A DNA stretch of 64,000 bases, taken from the NCBI RefSeq assembly GCF_030144855.1, contig NC_082709.1, positions 153,760,001-153,824,000 on the forward strand, in the 5' to 3' direction. A program made the translations under genes and the position numbers. Positions 48,711 to 62,108 of this stretch are shown here, one piece after another (positions within the stretch are counted from its first letter, which is position 1; each line of letters begins with the position of its first letter). The notes beneath the pieces were generated by a model. That model was not told the origin of the DNA. It saw nothing but the letters and a program-made list of their open reading frames with translations, and ran no database searches. The stretch comes from Hypanus sabinus. Taxonomy: Eukaryota.

Positions 48711-50149
48711 TTCTGTTGCTAGTACATTTTCTGAACACTGTGGTCAATCGCTCTTGAAATGTGTTTTACCAGGTGCTTGAGCAATCAAAAGGACATGGGT
48801 CAGGTCTCAGTGCAAACAGAGCTTTACACACACATGCACGTACAGTATGTGCACACGTGCATTTATGTACTTCGTCGTGCAATTCTAACTTAAGCTCTAT
48901 CTGTCAGAGGCCCAAGCATTGTCCATTTTGCTTCGGAATGGTTGCAGGTTTCGCAGATTTCACGTTTCTCTGGTCTTCATAAACATTGGTCTCCTGCTTC
49001 GGAAGATTCTGCTGACATCTTCACTCTCTTGGTTGGAGCCCTCAGTGGATATCTTTACAGGCTGAGGTCCTCATTCTTCACTGCTAACCACTAGGGTATA
49101 GTCATTGATGCTCTAACTTGCTGAAGGGGTGTGTGGTGGTAATTATATTCCTGCTGTGACCTTCCAGAAGCTTCTCTCAGCTGGACCAACTGAATGGCAA
49201 GGTGGGAGGACTACTACTAGTTGCTTCAAAGGATAATGAGTTTTGCGGAAGCTTTGAATGTAACCCTACAAGTGAGGTAGAGGTAGGAAACTGAGTCTCC
49301 AATCAGTCCGCCTCTCTATTCCACTCTTTCCCTGAATACATGCTTAGGTTCAACCATTCACCAACAGACCTACATTGTGGTCACTGGCACCTACCAGAGA
49401 GCTCAGACTGAATGGCTGGCCCAGCTACTGGATCCCATAATAGTCCAAGGTCAGCTTCTCTAATTGTCCCATGATTCAAAACCTTCTGTTGTGAGAAGCT
49501 GCTTGGCCACATTTCTGTAGCTTCATGTTATACAGCACCATCAAAATTTATGCCACCTGCAAACTTACTAAATATACCTTATACAATCACATTTTGATCA
49601 TATTTATTGTGTATCAGCTTCCAAATGATACTTCCTAACACACCACATGACAGAATCCCACCAGTGCCAGTGGCTGTGTGGGTAAGTGGCTTAGAGAAAC
49701 AAGAATGATTGTTACTTTTCAGTATCCAACACTATCCCTCTGAGGTCAGTTTTATAATTTTGTACACTGGTCATAATTTAACAGTTACAGTTGACAAAAT
49801 GTGTAAATGTGTAAATAGTGCAAAGGCAAGTAATGGAGAATTTCATGCAGAGAATGATAACACTTGGGCGAAGAGCAAAGCGACTCAATGGAATTATTTC
49901 AAATTGTAGCAAGATGTACAGCAGATAATGTCTGGTGGATATAGATAAGATTTTAAGGGTTCTTTGATGAAGAAATGGATGCTGAGAAGACTGCTAAAAG
50001 ACATAAATAGCATACACAGCATAAAAACATCAGAAAGAAATTTAAAAGTTAGAAGGTTATGCTGAATTGGTATAAAAATCAACTCTGCCTTAAGAACAGC
50101 ATTGTCTACCCTATCTTAGGAACAATCTCACGACTATAGCAAGGTAGCT

Positions 50150-50680
50150 GGAAGTCAACAAATTGCAACTGCTGAAAATCCAGAATAAAACCCTAAAATG
50201 CTGGAAATACTTAGTAGGTCAGGCAGCATCTGGGAAAGAGGAACTTCAGAACCAGGAGAGAAAATAAATGAATTTATGGTTGTAAAGCAAACTGAGGGAT
50301 TGGACAAGAGAAATATCTCTGATGGCTGGGACATAGGGAATATCCCTCATAAAGTAAGAACAGGGTCAACCAGATGATCCCAATGGCCAGATAGTCCAGT
50401 TAATCAATTAATGACAGCAGTTAGAGTGAGAAAAAATGTCAAAACTGTGCAATACAGATTAGCGCTGTTGTTGAAACCTGAAATTGAAAGGGAAATGCTG
50501 GAACCACCCAACAGATCAAACAGTATTTGTGGAGAGAGAAAATCTTAATATTATAGATGGGTAACCTTGTATTCATACAGGAAACATATTATTCAAAATT
50601 GTTGAATTCAGTATTGAGTCCCAAAGATTGCATTTGTGCTCAGGTAGATGATGTTCAAGCTTGTACTGAAGACAGCAGCT
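50150..50680 (-). mobile_element. Penelope-like 3' end, second subfamily, eroded
   Basis: Minus gggactcaatactgaattcaacaattt (GLNTEFNN-like C-terminus); terminal-repeat motifs at ~50170-50250 and ~50490-50550. Confidence 0.5.
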
Positions 50681-52344
50681 CACCCTCTGGATGATGTATT
50701 TCAAAGGCACTTTGAAGGGAACCTGCTGATCATGTCCTTCAAAGAGGTGTATAGTTGTGGGAAGTGCTATTGAAGTGAACTTGGAGAATAGACAGTACGA
50801 ACTCTCTCCACCATGTGGCAATGAGGAAAAGTATGGGGGAGATGGGTTGCTAATTAACCTACCTATAGCACATTTTATATAGAATGTCCAGTTTCTAGTC
50901 AATGAGACCCCAAATATCTTGATGGAGAGGGATGGTGATGATTACATCATTGAATGTCAAGGAAACACGTTAAAACTTTTCTCTTGCTGAAAATTTTTAA
51001 TGTCTTCATTAATACTAGTTCTCACATAACAGCCCAAGTCTGAATGTTGTTTTGGTCTTACTGCTCACAACTAAAGCCATCGGCCTCCATGGAAAGTAAC
51101 GTTCCAACCTATAGCCTGATTACCTATTGATTAATTTTACCTTGACTCCCTGATGCCATGCTTTGTTGAAAGTCGCCTTTATGTCAAGGACAGATGCTCT
51201 TAACTTCTCAAGAATCGACTTACTTGTGCATATTTAGATTAAGGCTGTAATGAAATTAAGAGTCACCCGGACCCGGCATAACCAAACCAGGCAATGAGGA
51301 TGATAATAATGGTAAATAAGAAATAGGTATTGTCATTTATGTTTTCCTTCACAGTGCATTGATTGTAGGCAACTGAGCAGCAATTAGTAGGATTGTATGT
51401 GACATGCTTTTTATGGATAAAATACATAGAGTCTTTTGCAAGACTAGCTTAGTGCTTTGATTGAAGTTACATTTGAACAATTTGTTCATATGAGCCACAT
51501 TATATTCTTCTGTGTTGCCTTGGCTGGCTTAAGTTTTATTTTAAATATATTGCTAAGAAACCACATTTCTGACTTGTGAACTGTTGGGTTACAAGCAGTT
51601 GTTCCATGAGGGAGGAACCTGGGGAGTTATAGCTGGGGAGTTGTTAGCTGGGGAGGCTCTGTATGTGGTGTTGTGAATGGCTAATTCTGATAACTCTGTT
51701 AAGTTGCTGAACAATTTTGTAAGAAAATGGTTCTGATCATACAATGAGTTGAAATATGTCACATTTATAAAGAATTGACACTGTTATTTAAAATGGCTTT
51801 TGCTGAGTTTTTAAAAAATATACAGCAAGGCTTATTCCATGGAGAGATTAAAATGATGTTGTACACCATAAGTGAAAAAACAAATAGATTCCATTGGTGA
51901 CCGAACTAGTTTTGGAACCTGAGTCTGTATTTTTTAATACAGTAGTTTCTCAGAAACAGAGCTCACCACAAGCAGAAACTCACATTGAAACTAATGAACC
52001 TGACAAACGAGAAATCAGTAATGGGTGGTAATTATAATCTGCATCACTAATGTAAAGAGGAATCACAAATTCATATATTTATAGTATGTTTTGTAAGCAC
52101 AATTATAAAACATCAACAGGGTACAACCTAATCGAGATGAACAAATTTAGGTGCAGTTAGGATGTCCTAAGATGTGGTTAATACAGAAAGAAATAAAGTC
52201 AGAAACTCTCTGAATGACAATGTAAGGTAGGCCTCAAAGAATTTAAACCTTCCAGTTTAATCTCCAGTTTCAAATGATCTTAACATCTTTCACGTTATTT
52301 GTAATTTATTCAGTTTGGCTGTTAATTAAAGTTTTCATATTTGA

Positions 52345-52430
52345 TTCAAAAACAAACTGCTGGGGTAACTTACAGAGTCAGGCAGCATCTATGGAGGAAT
52401 GTTTCAGGTCAAGATCCTTCATCTGGACTG
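52345..52430 (-). mobile_element. Penelope-like terminal repeat fragment
   Basis: agtcaggcagcatctatggaggaatgtttcaggtcaagatccttcatctggactg. Confidence 0.55.
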
Positions 52431-52749
52431 ATCTTCTAGACCACGGAAACATTGATGGATAAATAATGAAATAGTATGAACAATTAGAATTGGGTTTCCA
52501 CCAATGTTAGAATGAGAGATAGAACTATGCAGGTATTTTTGTTAAATGAGGCTATCAAAAATAAATATTCCTAATTATTATGGCAGTCAACAACCTTGGT
52601 TTCTAAGGTCAAGACAAACTAGTTTCAAAAAGTAGAAATATATTGCTGACTTCTTCATTTAGTTTCTGAGCTAAATGTTTCTGTTATCTGTTCTCATCCA
52701 TCCCAAAGTAAAGAAAACATTGTTGAGCTTGTGGCAAGGACCCTCATGA

Positions 52750-53730
52750 GTCAGCTGATCCTAAAGATTAAAAGTGTATTGATTTCATCGAGACTTTGTA
52801 GATTAGATTTGATTCAAAACTGGTTTGGTCATAGAAGAGAGTAGTAGTGAAGGGATGTTCCTTTGACTGAAGATTTATGATCAGTGGTGTTCCACAAGGA
52901 TCAATGCTGGGATCCCTGTTGTTTGTGCTGATCAGTAAGTTTTCAGATGACACAAAACATGGCACAATCTGTAAGGTCATCAAAAGATTCAGCAGTATAT
53001 AGACCAATTTAGTGTGATTAAAGAAATGGCAGATGGAGTTTAACCTGGAAAAGTCTGAGGTATTGCCCTTTTGGAAATCAAATGCAAGAGGAAGCTGTAC
53101 AATAAATAACAGGAACCTTAGGAACATTGATGCACAGAGGGACCTCAGGATGCAGATCCATAACTTTCTAAAAGTGGCAACAAAAGTAAATCAGGTGGTA
53201 AAGGCAGCTTATGGCATACATCAGTCAAGATGTTGAGTGTAAGAGTCAGGAAGACATATATAAAGTTTTGGACCATTAGCTAGTCACCACATTACAGGAA
53301 AGATGTGGAAGCTTCAGAAAGTGTTCATGGGATGTTGCCTGGATTATAGAGTGTTAGCTGTAAGGAGAACTTGGAGAAACTTGTATTGTTTTCTCTGAAG
53401 TGTCAAAGGTTGTTGGGTGACCTGGCAAAACTATTTACAATTATGAGAAGCGTAGAGAGGGAAGGTAGTCAAGAGTCTTTTTCCACGGGGTGGAAATATT
53501 GAATACATAAGGGCATAGATTTAAGGTGAGAGGGGGAAGGTTAAAGGTGATTTATGAGGCAGGAATTTTTAACTGAGTGCAGTAAGTACCTGGAAAGTGC
53601 TACTACGGGAACTGGTGAAAGCAGTTTAGATAGACACGTATTGGATTGGTGGTATATAGACCCAATGCAGAGATGGGATTAGTTTGCATTGACATCACGG
53701 TTATGGGCCAGAAGGCCAGCTCCTGAGTTG
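52750..53730 (+). mobile_element. CR1 RT 3' part, degenerate
   Basis: SGVPQGSMLGSLLF; KFSDDTK; MEFNLEKSEVL. Confidence 0.8.
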
Positions 53731-54829
53731 TACTTTTCTAAGTTCGAGGGTAAATGAATGATGATTCAGCACTCCTTGGAGAAGCAAGGAAAAATTGTCG
53801 ATGTTGTTTTTCGCATGATAATTTCCAAAATTTCTTACTGGGATATTCTTGAATGGCCAGGTTTGATTTCAGCTTTGATCTTAACCAAGATTCACTTGAA
53901 TAATAGTCATTTGGTAAGGTGAAGGAAGGTAAATGCTAGGTTATGCCTTTAACTAGTGGATAAAACATTCTTCCTGATGTTAATTTCTTTTCTCCCATCA
54001 TTTATCTGAGGTATAAAAGCTGCTGGTAGCGGCCTATGCCCCAGATAAATTAAAAGATGATACAAAAGAAATTTCAATATAAGGAATGTACATAGAACTT
54101 GAGCTCTTGAACTCTTGTGTTACGAAGGACTCTCAGACAGGTCATTTCAAAAGGTTGGAAAATCTTGATTCGATGACCTAGAAATAAACAATTTGAATCA
54201 TGTTGTTACTGCACTAATAGTATTTTGTTCCACAGCAAGCATCCCCTCTCAGTAGAGAACTACATACATACAGAGCTTTTTTTGAAGTTCATCTCCACCA
54301 CAGATTTCCTCCCTTTTTGAAGTTCAATGACCCACTTGGTGGCTACTTGATAACTCAAACTTTCTCATCTCTGTTTCTATAGAAGCTCCCTGCCCACTCT
54401 TAAGGAGGGTGAAAAGCATTGATAGAGACAGAAAAATAAAGGACATAGAATAACAGTCTACAGATCACAAACAGGCCATTTGATTCTGTCATAAATGTTA
54501 CCGACCCTCCTTTCATCTAACCCTACCAGTAAGCCTTGCTTTCCTTCTCCTGCATTGACCTAGAGCCTCCTCCCTCTTCCCACAACCTGAGCAATCATGC
54601 ACAAAGCTAATCCCCTCCTGAGCTCACCAACTGGACTAACTTCCTAGAAACATCACTCCCCGAAGCCCACAATGGAAGTACACCCCGACACACACAACCC
54701 CTGCACCTACACTTCCCCCACCTTATGCTGGTGGTTCTTGTCTCGATGCGTGCTTGGTTCTGGATATTGTCAACTGATTTGGTCCAAAAGAATACACTCG
54801 GATCTAATGTTACATTCACTACAGGACAA

Positions 54830-55390
54830 TCTATTATTTTGGTTTATTTCCAAGATTTCTGATGAAACGAAACTAAGTCCGAATCTGAATGGTGATGAGA
54901 ATACCAAGATGCTTCAAGTTTATGCAGACAGGTTAAACAAGCAGACAAGGAGATGAAAGTACAAAGTGAAAAAAAATGTGAGGTTCTCCACATTGGTAGC
55001 AAAAACAAATGCTAAGTTCCCTCCCTTTTTAAAGGATGATAGACTCAAACACTTAGGTGTCCTTTACCATGTTGCAAAAAGCTAACATGCAGGTTTAGCA
55101 CATTAAAACAAACAATATGTATGCCTTAATTGGTAGAGGATTTGAGTGTAAAGCTAAAAATGTCTTACTACAATTATATGGAGATCGCACCTGGAACATT
55201 GCTTATAATTTTGGTCTCTACTTAAAAAAAATGAATACTGTATTTGCTAAAGAGTGAGTGTAATAAAGATTCACCAGCCTTGTTCCTCAGATGGCAGAGA
55301 GATTGAGTAGGCTAGACGTGCATTGTGCATTATCTACAAGTGAAGGTGCCACATCTCACAATAAAGGGTAAACTATTTGGGTATGAAACA
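54830..55390 (+). mobile_element. CR1 RT fragment, degenerate
   Basis: ISKISDETKL; gagatcgcacctggaacattgcttataattttggtctc. Confidence 0.55.
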
Positions 55391-55744
55391 AGGAAAAATT
55401 TCTGTATTTAATAGATAGCTAGATATTAAAGGAAGGAAGAGACATGGGAATCAAGTCAGGAATGTGATGTTTAAGGTAGACGATCAGACATGATTTTGTA
55501 AGGGGAAAACAAGCTCGATCCCTGCCTCCATTGACTAAACTCTTTTGTAAAGGATCCCTTAATTTCAGAAACTTCTGAAATAAACACGTCAGCTTTACCA
55601 CATGATACTGATGCAGTTTGCTGCAACCAGCAAATAGTGAACAATTACTGTCAGATTAAAAAGAGAGAAACAGAAAGAAAGAATGCAGTGACAGGACAAA
55701 ATTACTTTGGGCAGAGAGAAATGGAATAGCATCCATTTCATGTA

Positions 55745-56790
55745 TCAGAATCAGGTTTATTACACCGGCACGTGCATGAAATTTGTTAACTTAGCAGCAG
55801 CAGTTCAATGCAATACATGAAAATATAGAAAGATAAACATCAATAAGTAAATCAATTACAGTAAGTATATAAATATGTATAGTGAATAGATTAAAATAGT
55901 GCAAAACAAAAACAGTATATATTTTTTATAAAGAGAGGTAGTGTTAAGGGGTTCGACGTCCATATAGGAATCATATGGCAGAGGTGACGCTGTTCCTGAA
56001 TTGCTGAGTGTGTACCTTTAGGCTTCTGTGCCTTCTTCCTGACATTAACAATGAGAAGAGGGCATGCCCTAGGTGATGGGATTCTTAATAATGGACATCA
56101 TCTTTCTGAGGCACCACTCCTTGAAGATGTCTTCAGTACTACAGAGGCTACCCAAGATAAACCTAATTTTACAACTTTCAGTGGCTTCTTTCGGTCCTGT
56201 GCAGTCGCCCCTCCATACCAAAAAGTGATGCAGCCTGTCAGAAGGCTCTCCACGATACACCTATAGAAGTTTTTAAGAATTTTAGTTGACAAACCAAATC
56301 TCTTCAAACTGCTATTGAAATATGGCTGCTGTCTTGCTTCCTTTATGGCTGCATAGGTATTGTATGTTGGGACCAGGTTAGATTCTCAGAAATCTTCACA
56401 CCTGGGAACTTGGAATTGCTCACTCTCTCCACCTCTGATCTCTCTATGAGGATTGGTTTGTGTTTCCTCGTCCTATCCTTCCTGAATCACAATCAGCTCT
56501 TTCATCTTTCTGACAAGGTTGTTGCTGTGACACCACTCCACTAGTTGGTATATCTTGCTCCTTACCACCATCTCATCACCACCTGAGATTCTACCAACAG
56601 CGGTTGCATCATCAGCAAATTTACAGATGGTATTTGAACTATACGTAACCACACAGTCATGGGTATAGACTGAGTAGAGCAGTGGGCTAAGCACACACCC
56701 CTGAGGTGTGCCAGTGTTGACTGTAAGCGAGGAGGAGATATTATCACCAATCTGCACAGATTGTGGTCTTCTGGTTAGGAAGTTGAGGAA
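55745..56790 (-). mobile_element. Rex1/Babar-like LINE RT to 3' end
   Basis: TGTPQGCVLSPLLYSVYTHDC, CKFADDAT, NFYRCIVESLLTGCITFWYG. Confidence 0.9.
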
Positions 56791-57094
56791 AGACTGTTGG
56801 CCACTTAGAGAAGTCTTTACAGTAGGACAGGCACTTTAGGATGTCCCATTCTTGATTATAATTTCACAGTAGCTTTGGTATAATGTTATTTCCCATTAGC
56901 ACTGGCAGCACAGAGTTAGAAGGATCAACCCAGAGGTCACTACACTTCGTTACAAGAGTAGTCAGTGATGTATATCCTTGGTCAGATCTGTGTCTGTTTT
57001 AAGGGATAGGAAGGTGCTGTTCTGCTGTGCAATGTGGCTCTTCCCTTACTGGACAAATTATCCCATTGGATCAAGTAGAATACCATCACATTGT

Positions 57095-57690
57095 GGGCAC
57101 AGCACAGTAATGTAGCAGTTAGTGTAATGCTTTATAGTGCCAGTGACCTGGTTTCAATTACCAACACTATCTACAAGGAGTGTGTATGTTCACCCTGTGA
57201 TCACATGGTGTGGTCATATGGTGTGATCTCTTGGCATGGCCAAGTGGTTAAGGCATTCGTCTAGTGATCTGAAGGTTGCTAGTTTGAGCCTTGGCTGAGG
57301 ATGCGTGTGTGTCCTTGAGCAAAGCACTTAACTACACATTGCTCTCCGATGACACCGGTGCCAAGCTGTATGTATGGGTCCTAATGCCCTTCCCTTGAAC
57401 AACACTGGTGGTGTGGAGAGGGGAGACTTGCAGCTTGGGCAACTGCCGGTCTTCCATTAAAAAAAACCTTGCCCAGGCTTGCGCCCTGGAAACTTTCCAA
57501 GGTGCAAATCCATGGTCAGTTGAGACTAACGGAGGCCTACTCTACACCAGGTGCTCCAGTTTCCTCCCATATTCCAAAGACACATGGGTCAATTGGTCAC
57601 ATGGGTGTAATTGGGCAGTGGCAGTTTTGTTGGGCAGGAAGGGCTTGTTACTGTGCAGTATCTCTAAGTAGATAAATTAATAAAATAATA
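57095..57690 (+). mobile_element. V-SINE split by a nested CORE-like tRNA SINE (57233-57541)
   Basis: V-SINE stops at ...ctgtgatcacatgg (~57207) and resumes at ccaggtgctccagtttcctccca (~57547). The insert has a tRNA head ggcatggccaagtggttaagg and gtgtccttgagcaaagcacttaac. Confidence 0.75.
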
Positions 57691-57844
57691 AACACACCTA
57701 GTTTCTAAAAGTGATGGTTTGAATTGACAAGCATATCACAGAGATGGAGAAAGAATTGGCACTTTCTTTCTGAATATTGCCAAAACTTCATAGTTAACAA
57801 AATACTCCTTGAACCACTGTCAGTGAAGTAATGAAGGAATCTGG

Positions 57845-58072
57845 ACAAACAAGAGAAAATCTGTAGATGCTCGAAATCCAAGCAACATACACAGAATGCT
57901 GGAGGAGCTCAGCAGGTCAGATGGCATCTATGGGAGAGAGTACCATCGACGTTTTGGGCCCAGATCCTTCATGAGTCTTGATGAAGGGTCTCGGCCTGAA
58001 ACATTAACTGTACTCTCTTCCATATATGCTGCCTGACCTGCTGAGTTTCTTCCAGCATTCTGTGTGGGTTGC
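57845..58072. mobile_element. Penelope-derived fold-back repeat (~90-bp arms, ~6-nt loop)
   Basis: 57882-57972 pairs with 57979-58072 around cttcat-gagtct-tgatgaag. Confidence 0.8.
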
Positions 58073-58129
58073 AAGGAATCAGCACTCCCAGTTTCTGGGA
58101 ACAGGTTTATACAAAAAGCAACGTGACAG

Positions 58130-58370
58130 TTGTCACAATATCTGTTTATTCATTAATTTTGATTGAGAGTTAAATACTCATTGGGACACAATAGTTAATT
58201 CTATGAAATAGTCCAATGATCTTTTGTGTTTATCTAATTCTTTCTCCAACTCTTAACAGTTTGGGCTTCATTTGATATATCATCTGAAGGATGGCCCTTA
58301 AAAAGTGCAGCCTTATCTCAACAGTACTGAAGCATTAGCCTACATTTTGTGCTCTGATCTTTTGAGACAC
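58130..58370 (-). mobile_element. Deu-domain SINE, eroded
   Basis: tcatctgaaggatggcccttaaaaagtgcagc...cagtactgaagcattagcctacattttgtgctc. Confidence 0.4.
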
Positions 58371-59472
58371 AGGAGCACTAGTAGGAACTGTGGGCCCCTG
58401 GAGAAAACAGTCTTCAGCACAAGTCTCTGGCTCACCTCCAGCCCTCTTAGATAGATAGAAATTTTTCAATTTCAATCTTCTATGGATGGAATAATTTCTC
58501 TAAAACAGTTTGACTTGTGCAGTTTTGAAATTGACCAATTATTTCTAAAACTGTATAATATCTACATGAAGAAAACAGATAACTTTGCCAAACACCGGAA
58601 GTAAAATATATTCATTCTTTTACCAAGATCACACCACTGCATAGCAAAACAATCAGAATGGACATGAAGAAAACAAACTTGATATTAGAAAGATCATAAA
58701 ATCTTTTTTTAAAATCAGTGTGGTGGATTTTAAGGAGCAAGTTAAAGGAAGGGAGGAAAAAAGTGAATAAATGTTCAATGGGTGTATTCCAGAGGATAGC
58801 ATAGCATGACTGCCAATGGTCATTGCAGAAAGATAGATGAAGAATGATTTAGTCCTGGGCAAGATCACGAGAATTTTAAAATTGAAATATTCAAGGGACT
58901 TGGAGGAACAACAGACAATGTGGTAACTTATATTGTTACAGTAAAAATACTGCCTGTTATTTTGGAGCTTAACTTTGTAAACTGTGACAAACATTTTACA
59001 TGGTGTAGTTCTTTGGTGACAACAATTGTATAAATGAGTGTACCCACAGCATAAAGGCTGATTGGAGCAATGTCAGACATTACAGCGTATGGGTGCACAC
59101 ACGATAGGAAAGACCAATTAATTTAACAGGCCAGCAAGTATAGCAGTATGATGAAAGGCACTTCAATATCACAGAATACTTTTTGTTCATGACCCTTTTT
59201 AAAAAATACAAAATGTAATCTGTTTTAAATTTTCCAAGATTATATCTCGCTTAGTGATCACCAATTTTACCATGATCAACTGATCAAACCAGCTGTTGAA
59301 CCAAATATTAAAATAATCATCACATTCACCAATTAGCTTTCAGTATTGAAAGGAAATGCAATTATGGTTACCTGTTGAAAACTGTTGACTGTGTACAGAG
59401 GAATCATTATTGGAACATTACATATTGATTAGAAAAGTGGTTGATCAGCCTTTTTTATTTTTAATTTGATAG

Positions 59473-59576
59473 ATGCTGACAGTATGACCCTGAATGACCC
59501 TAAGCTATGTTACATTCTCGATGGAATTCTATTTGTGTATGGAATCATAATCACTGCGCTCTACCTTAAACTAAGG
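59473..59576 (+). CDS. CD247: CD3 zeta chain, exon 2 (short ectodomain + transmembrane helix)
   Basis: Acceptor tttgatag| and donor |gtaagt. 104 bp, phase 1->0, the size and phase I recall for mammalian CD247 exon 2. Translates (D)[34 protein letters not shown], with the zeta-family Cys, TM Asp, Tyr and Thr at the conserved spacing. Confidence 0.93.
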
Positions 59577-59734
59577 GTAAGTTATTTAAATATGTGATAT
59601 GTCAGCTTTCAAGGGCCCGCACAGAAAGAGGTTGATGGCACTCCAATGGTATTTTGTTCCTCCCAAAATTTTGGAGTAACTATATTCTAAAGTAGGGTTT
59701 CATATTATAGGCATCAACCCAAAGTGGGCTGCAA

Positions 59735-60710
59735 AAGCATTTGACAAGGTTCCACACAGTAGGCTTATTCAGAAAGTCAGAAGGCATGAGATCCAGGGAA
59801 ACTTAGCCAGGTGGATTCAGAATTGGCTTGCCTGCAGAAAGCAGAGGGTCATGGTGGAGGGAGTACATTCAGATTGGGGGGTTGTGACTAGTGGTGTCCC
59901 ACTAGTCTGTTCTGGGACCTCTATTTCTCATGATTTTTGTTAACAACCTAGATGTGGGGGTAGAAGGATGGATTGGCAAGTTTGCAGACGACACAAAGGT
60001 TGGTGGTGTTGTGGATAGTGTAGAGGATTGTCAGATTGCAGAGAGACATTGATAGGATGCAGAAATGGGCTGAGAAGTGGCAGATGGAGTTCAACCCAGA
60101 GAAGTGTGAGGTGGTACACTTGGGAAGACAAACTCCAAGGCAGAATCCAGGATACTTGGGAGTGTGGAGGAGCCGAGGAATCTGGGGGTACATGTCCACA
60201 GATCCCTGAAAGTTGCCTCACAGGTAGATAGGGTAGTTAAGAAGGCTTATGGGGTGTTAGCTTTCATAAGTCGAGGGATAGAGTTTAAGAGTCGCGAGGT
60301 AATGATGCAGCTCTATAAAACTCTGGTTAGGCCACTCTTGGAGTACTGTGTCCATTTCTGGTCGCCTCACTATAGGAAGGATGTGGAAGGATTGGAAAGG
60401 GTACAGAGGAGATTTACCAGGATGTTGCCTAGTTTAGAGAGTATGCATTATGATCAGAGATTAAGGGAGCTAGGGCTTTACTCTCTGGAGAGGAGGAGGA
60501 CGAGAGGAGACATGATAGACGTATGCAAGATTTTAAGAGGAATAGATAGAGTGGACAGGGCACCACTGTTCAATACAAGAGGACATGGCTTGTAAGGGGT
60601 GGGAAGTTCAAGGGGAATATTAGAGGAAGGTTTTTTACTCGGAGAGTGGTTGGTGTATGGAATGCACTGCCTGAGTCAGTGGTGGAGGCAGATACACTAG
60701 TGAAATGGTC
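59735..60710 (+). mobile_element. CR1 RT 3' part in CD247 intron 2
   Basis: agcatttgacaaggttccacac, gtttgcagacgacacaaag; ORF 60164-60595 MQLYKTLVRPLLEYCVHFWSPHYRKD. Confidence 0.9.
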
Positions 60711-60871
60711 ACTTCTCTGAATGGTCATATGATTATAAAAATCTCAGCCAGATTTGTAGTAAGAAAATCTTTCTACTCTGAAATATGAATATAAATTATA
60801 ACTGAATTATAAATATTTATTTCAGGCATTAGGACTGATAGATTCAAACAATTTTCATTTTGTTTTTAAAG

Positions 60872-60940
60872 CTGACCAAGGCAAAAGGCAAATTAGAAGA
60901 TGCTCCTATGATCCAGCCAAATATGGAAAGCGCATATGAA
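60872..60940 (+). CDS. CD247: CD3 zeta chain, exon 3 (juxtamembrane + first Tyr of ITAM1)
   Basis: Acceptor ttttcattttgtttttaaag| and donor |gtatgt. 69 bp, phase 0->0, LTKAKGKLEDAPMIQPNMESAYE. Ends two residues into the YxxL, as mammalian zeta exon 3 does. Confidence 0.85.
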
Positions 60941-61899
60941 GTATGTAACTACTTACACTCTCCTATATTACATATATTTTGGTGATTATTGTGTTATAAG
61001 ATTTATTTGCAGTCCAGCGTCACAGAAAAGACTATTTAGTCCCACCATTGAAGATCTTAAAGCTGGATGTGCTTTGGGCTCAGGAACCATTTTCAGGTTA
61101 GAGCGGAAATCCATGCTCCAGGAACATTGATACCATGCACGAGCTGTATGTATGTGAAAACAGTAGTTTGAGCTTGCGTGGCAATAGAATGTGTTGGCTC
61201 ACTTTAACAGGGAGTCAAGAAAATTCTGTAATGAGACAGCATACATATTTTACCAGCAAGTTCTCTTTGATGTTGATGCTGGTTACTTCAGTTCAGCTTG
61301 TCAATAAGTTTCAATGGATTCTGTTAAAATGCAGTACTATATTGCAATCCTCTCACTCTTGACACATTATGCCCACTACAACCAGTGGTTCTGAATTCAT
61401 TATTACCAGTAGGAGGAACTGTAAATACGCTGAAGTTTAGCTGCCTCCAGCAATTTGTTTCCATCTTAGGCTTGCTCCTTGACAGCACGCACATTGTTAT
61501 TTTAACTGATGGGTCAATAACAGACCATTCTCAGTTAAGACAGGTGTCAAACAGGTGTTCATTATAGCTCCAAAACATGACAGCTATTAGCCTACCTGTC
61601 ACTCCACTCAGTTGCTAGATGTGGATTCCAGTAAAGGAGCTCAGTGTTACACTGGGGAATTCATCTCTGTGATCCTATATCAGCCAATCTAGTTGCAAGA
61701 TTGGAATATCAACACGAATGGGAATTTCTGAATAGAAGGTAAAAGGTAAATCCAATTATTTACATTGCACTTGCAATATTTTAATTTTGTATTTATTGCT
61801 TTGCTGGTTAAGGTTATAAAAATAAATAAATAAAATTGATTAAGGAAAACAAGCCTATGAATCAAATATTGAACTATTGGATTTTCTCAAGGGAGATAA

Positions 61900-62010
61900 A
61901 ATCTGCAGTTGCTGGAAATCCAAGCAACACACACCTTGATGAAGAAAAGTCGACGGTACTCTTTTCCATAGATGCTGCCTGGCCTGCAGTGTGTGTTGCC
62001 CAGGTTTTCT
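61900..62010. mobile_element. Collapsed Penelope-derived fold-back repeat in CD247 intron 3
   Basis: gctggaaatccaagcaacacacac joined to ttgatgaag..gtcgacggtactcttttccatagatgctgcctggcctg. Confidence 0.6.
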
Positions 62011-62108
62011 CAAAGATCAGATTGCATGTTATTAGTATTTCATTGTATACTTTGGTGAAATATTGTAAGTTAATTACAATAAAAATAACCTAAGATTTTT
62101 TTTTACAG

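Noticed and set aside
57233-57300. tRNA gene
   Set aside because: tRNA-derived SINE head running into SINE body; no complete cloverleaf
1-59400. CREG1 or POU2F1 exons expected from tetrapod synteny
   Set aside because: No matching peptide motifs found by eye on either strand
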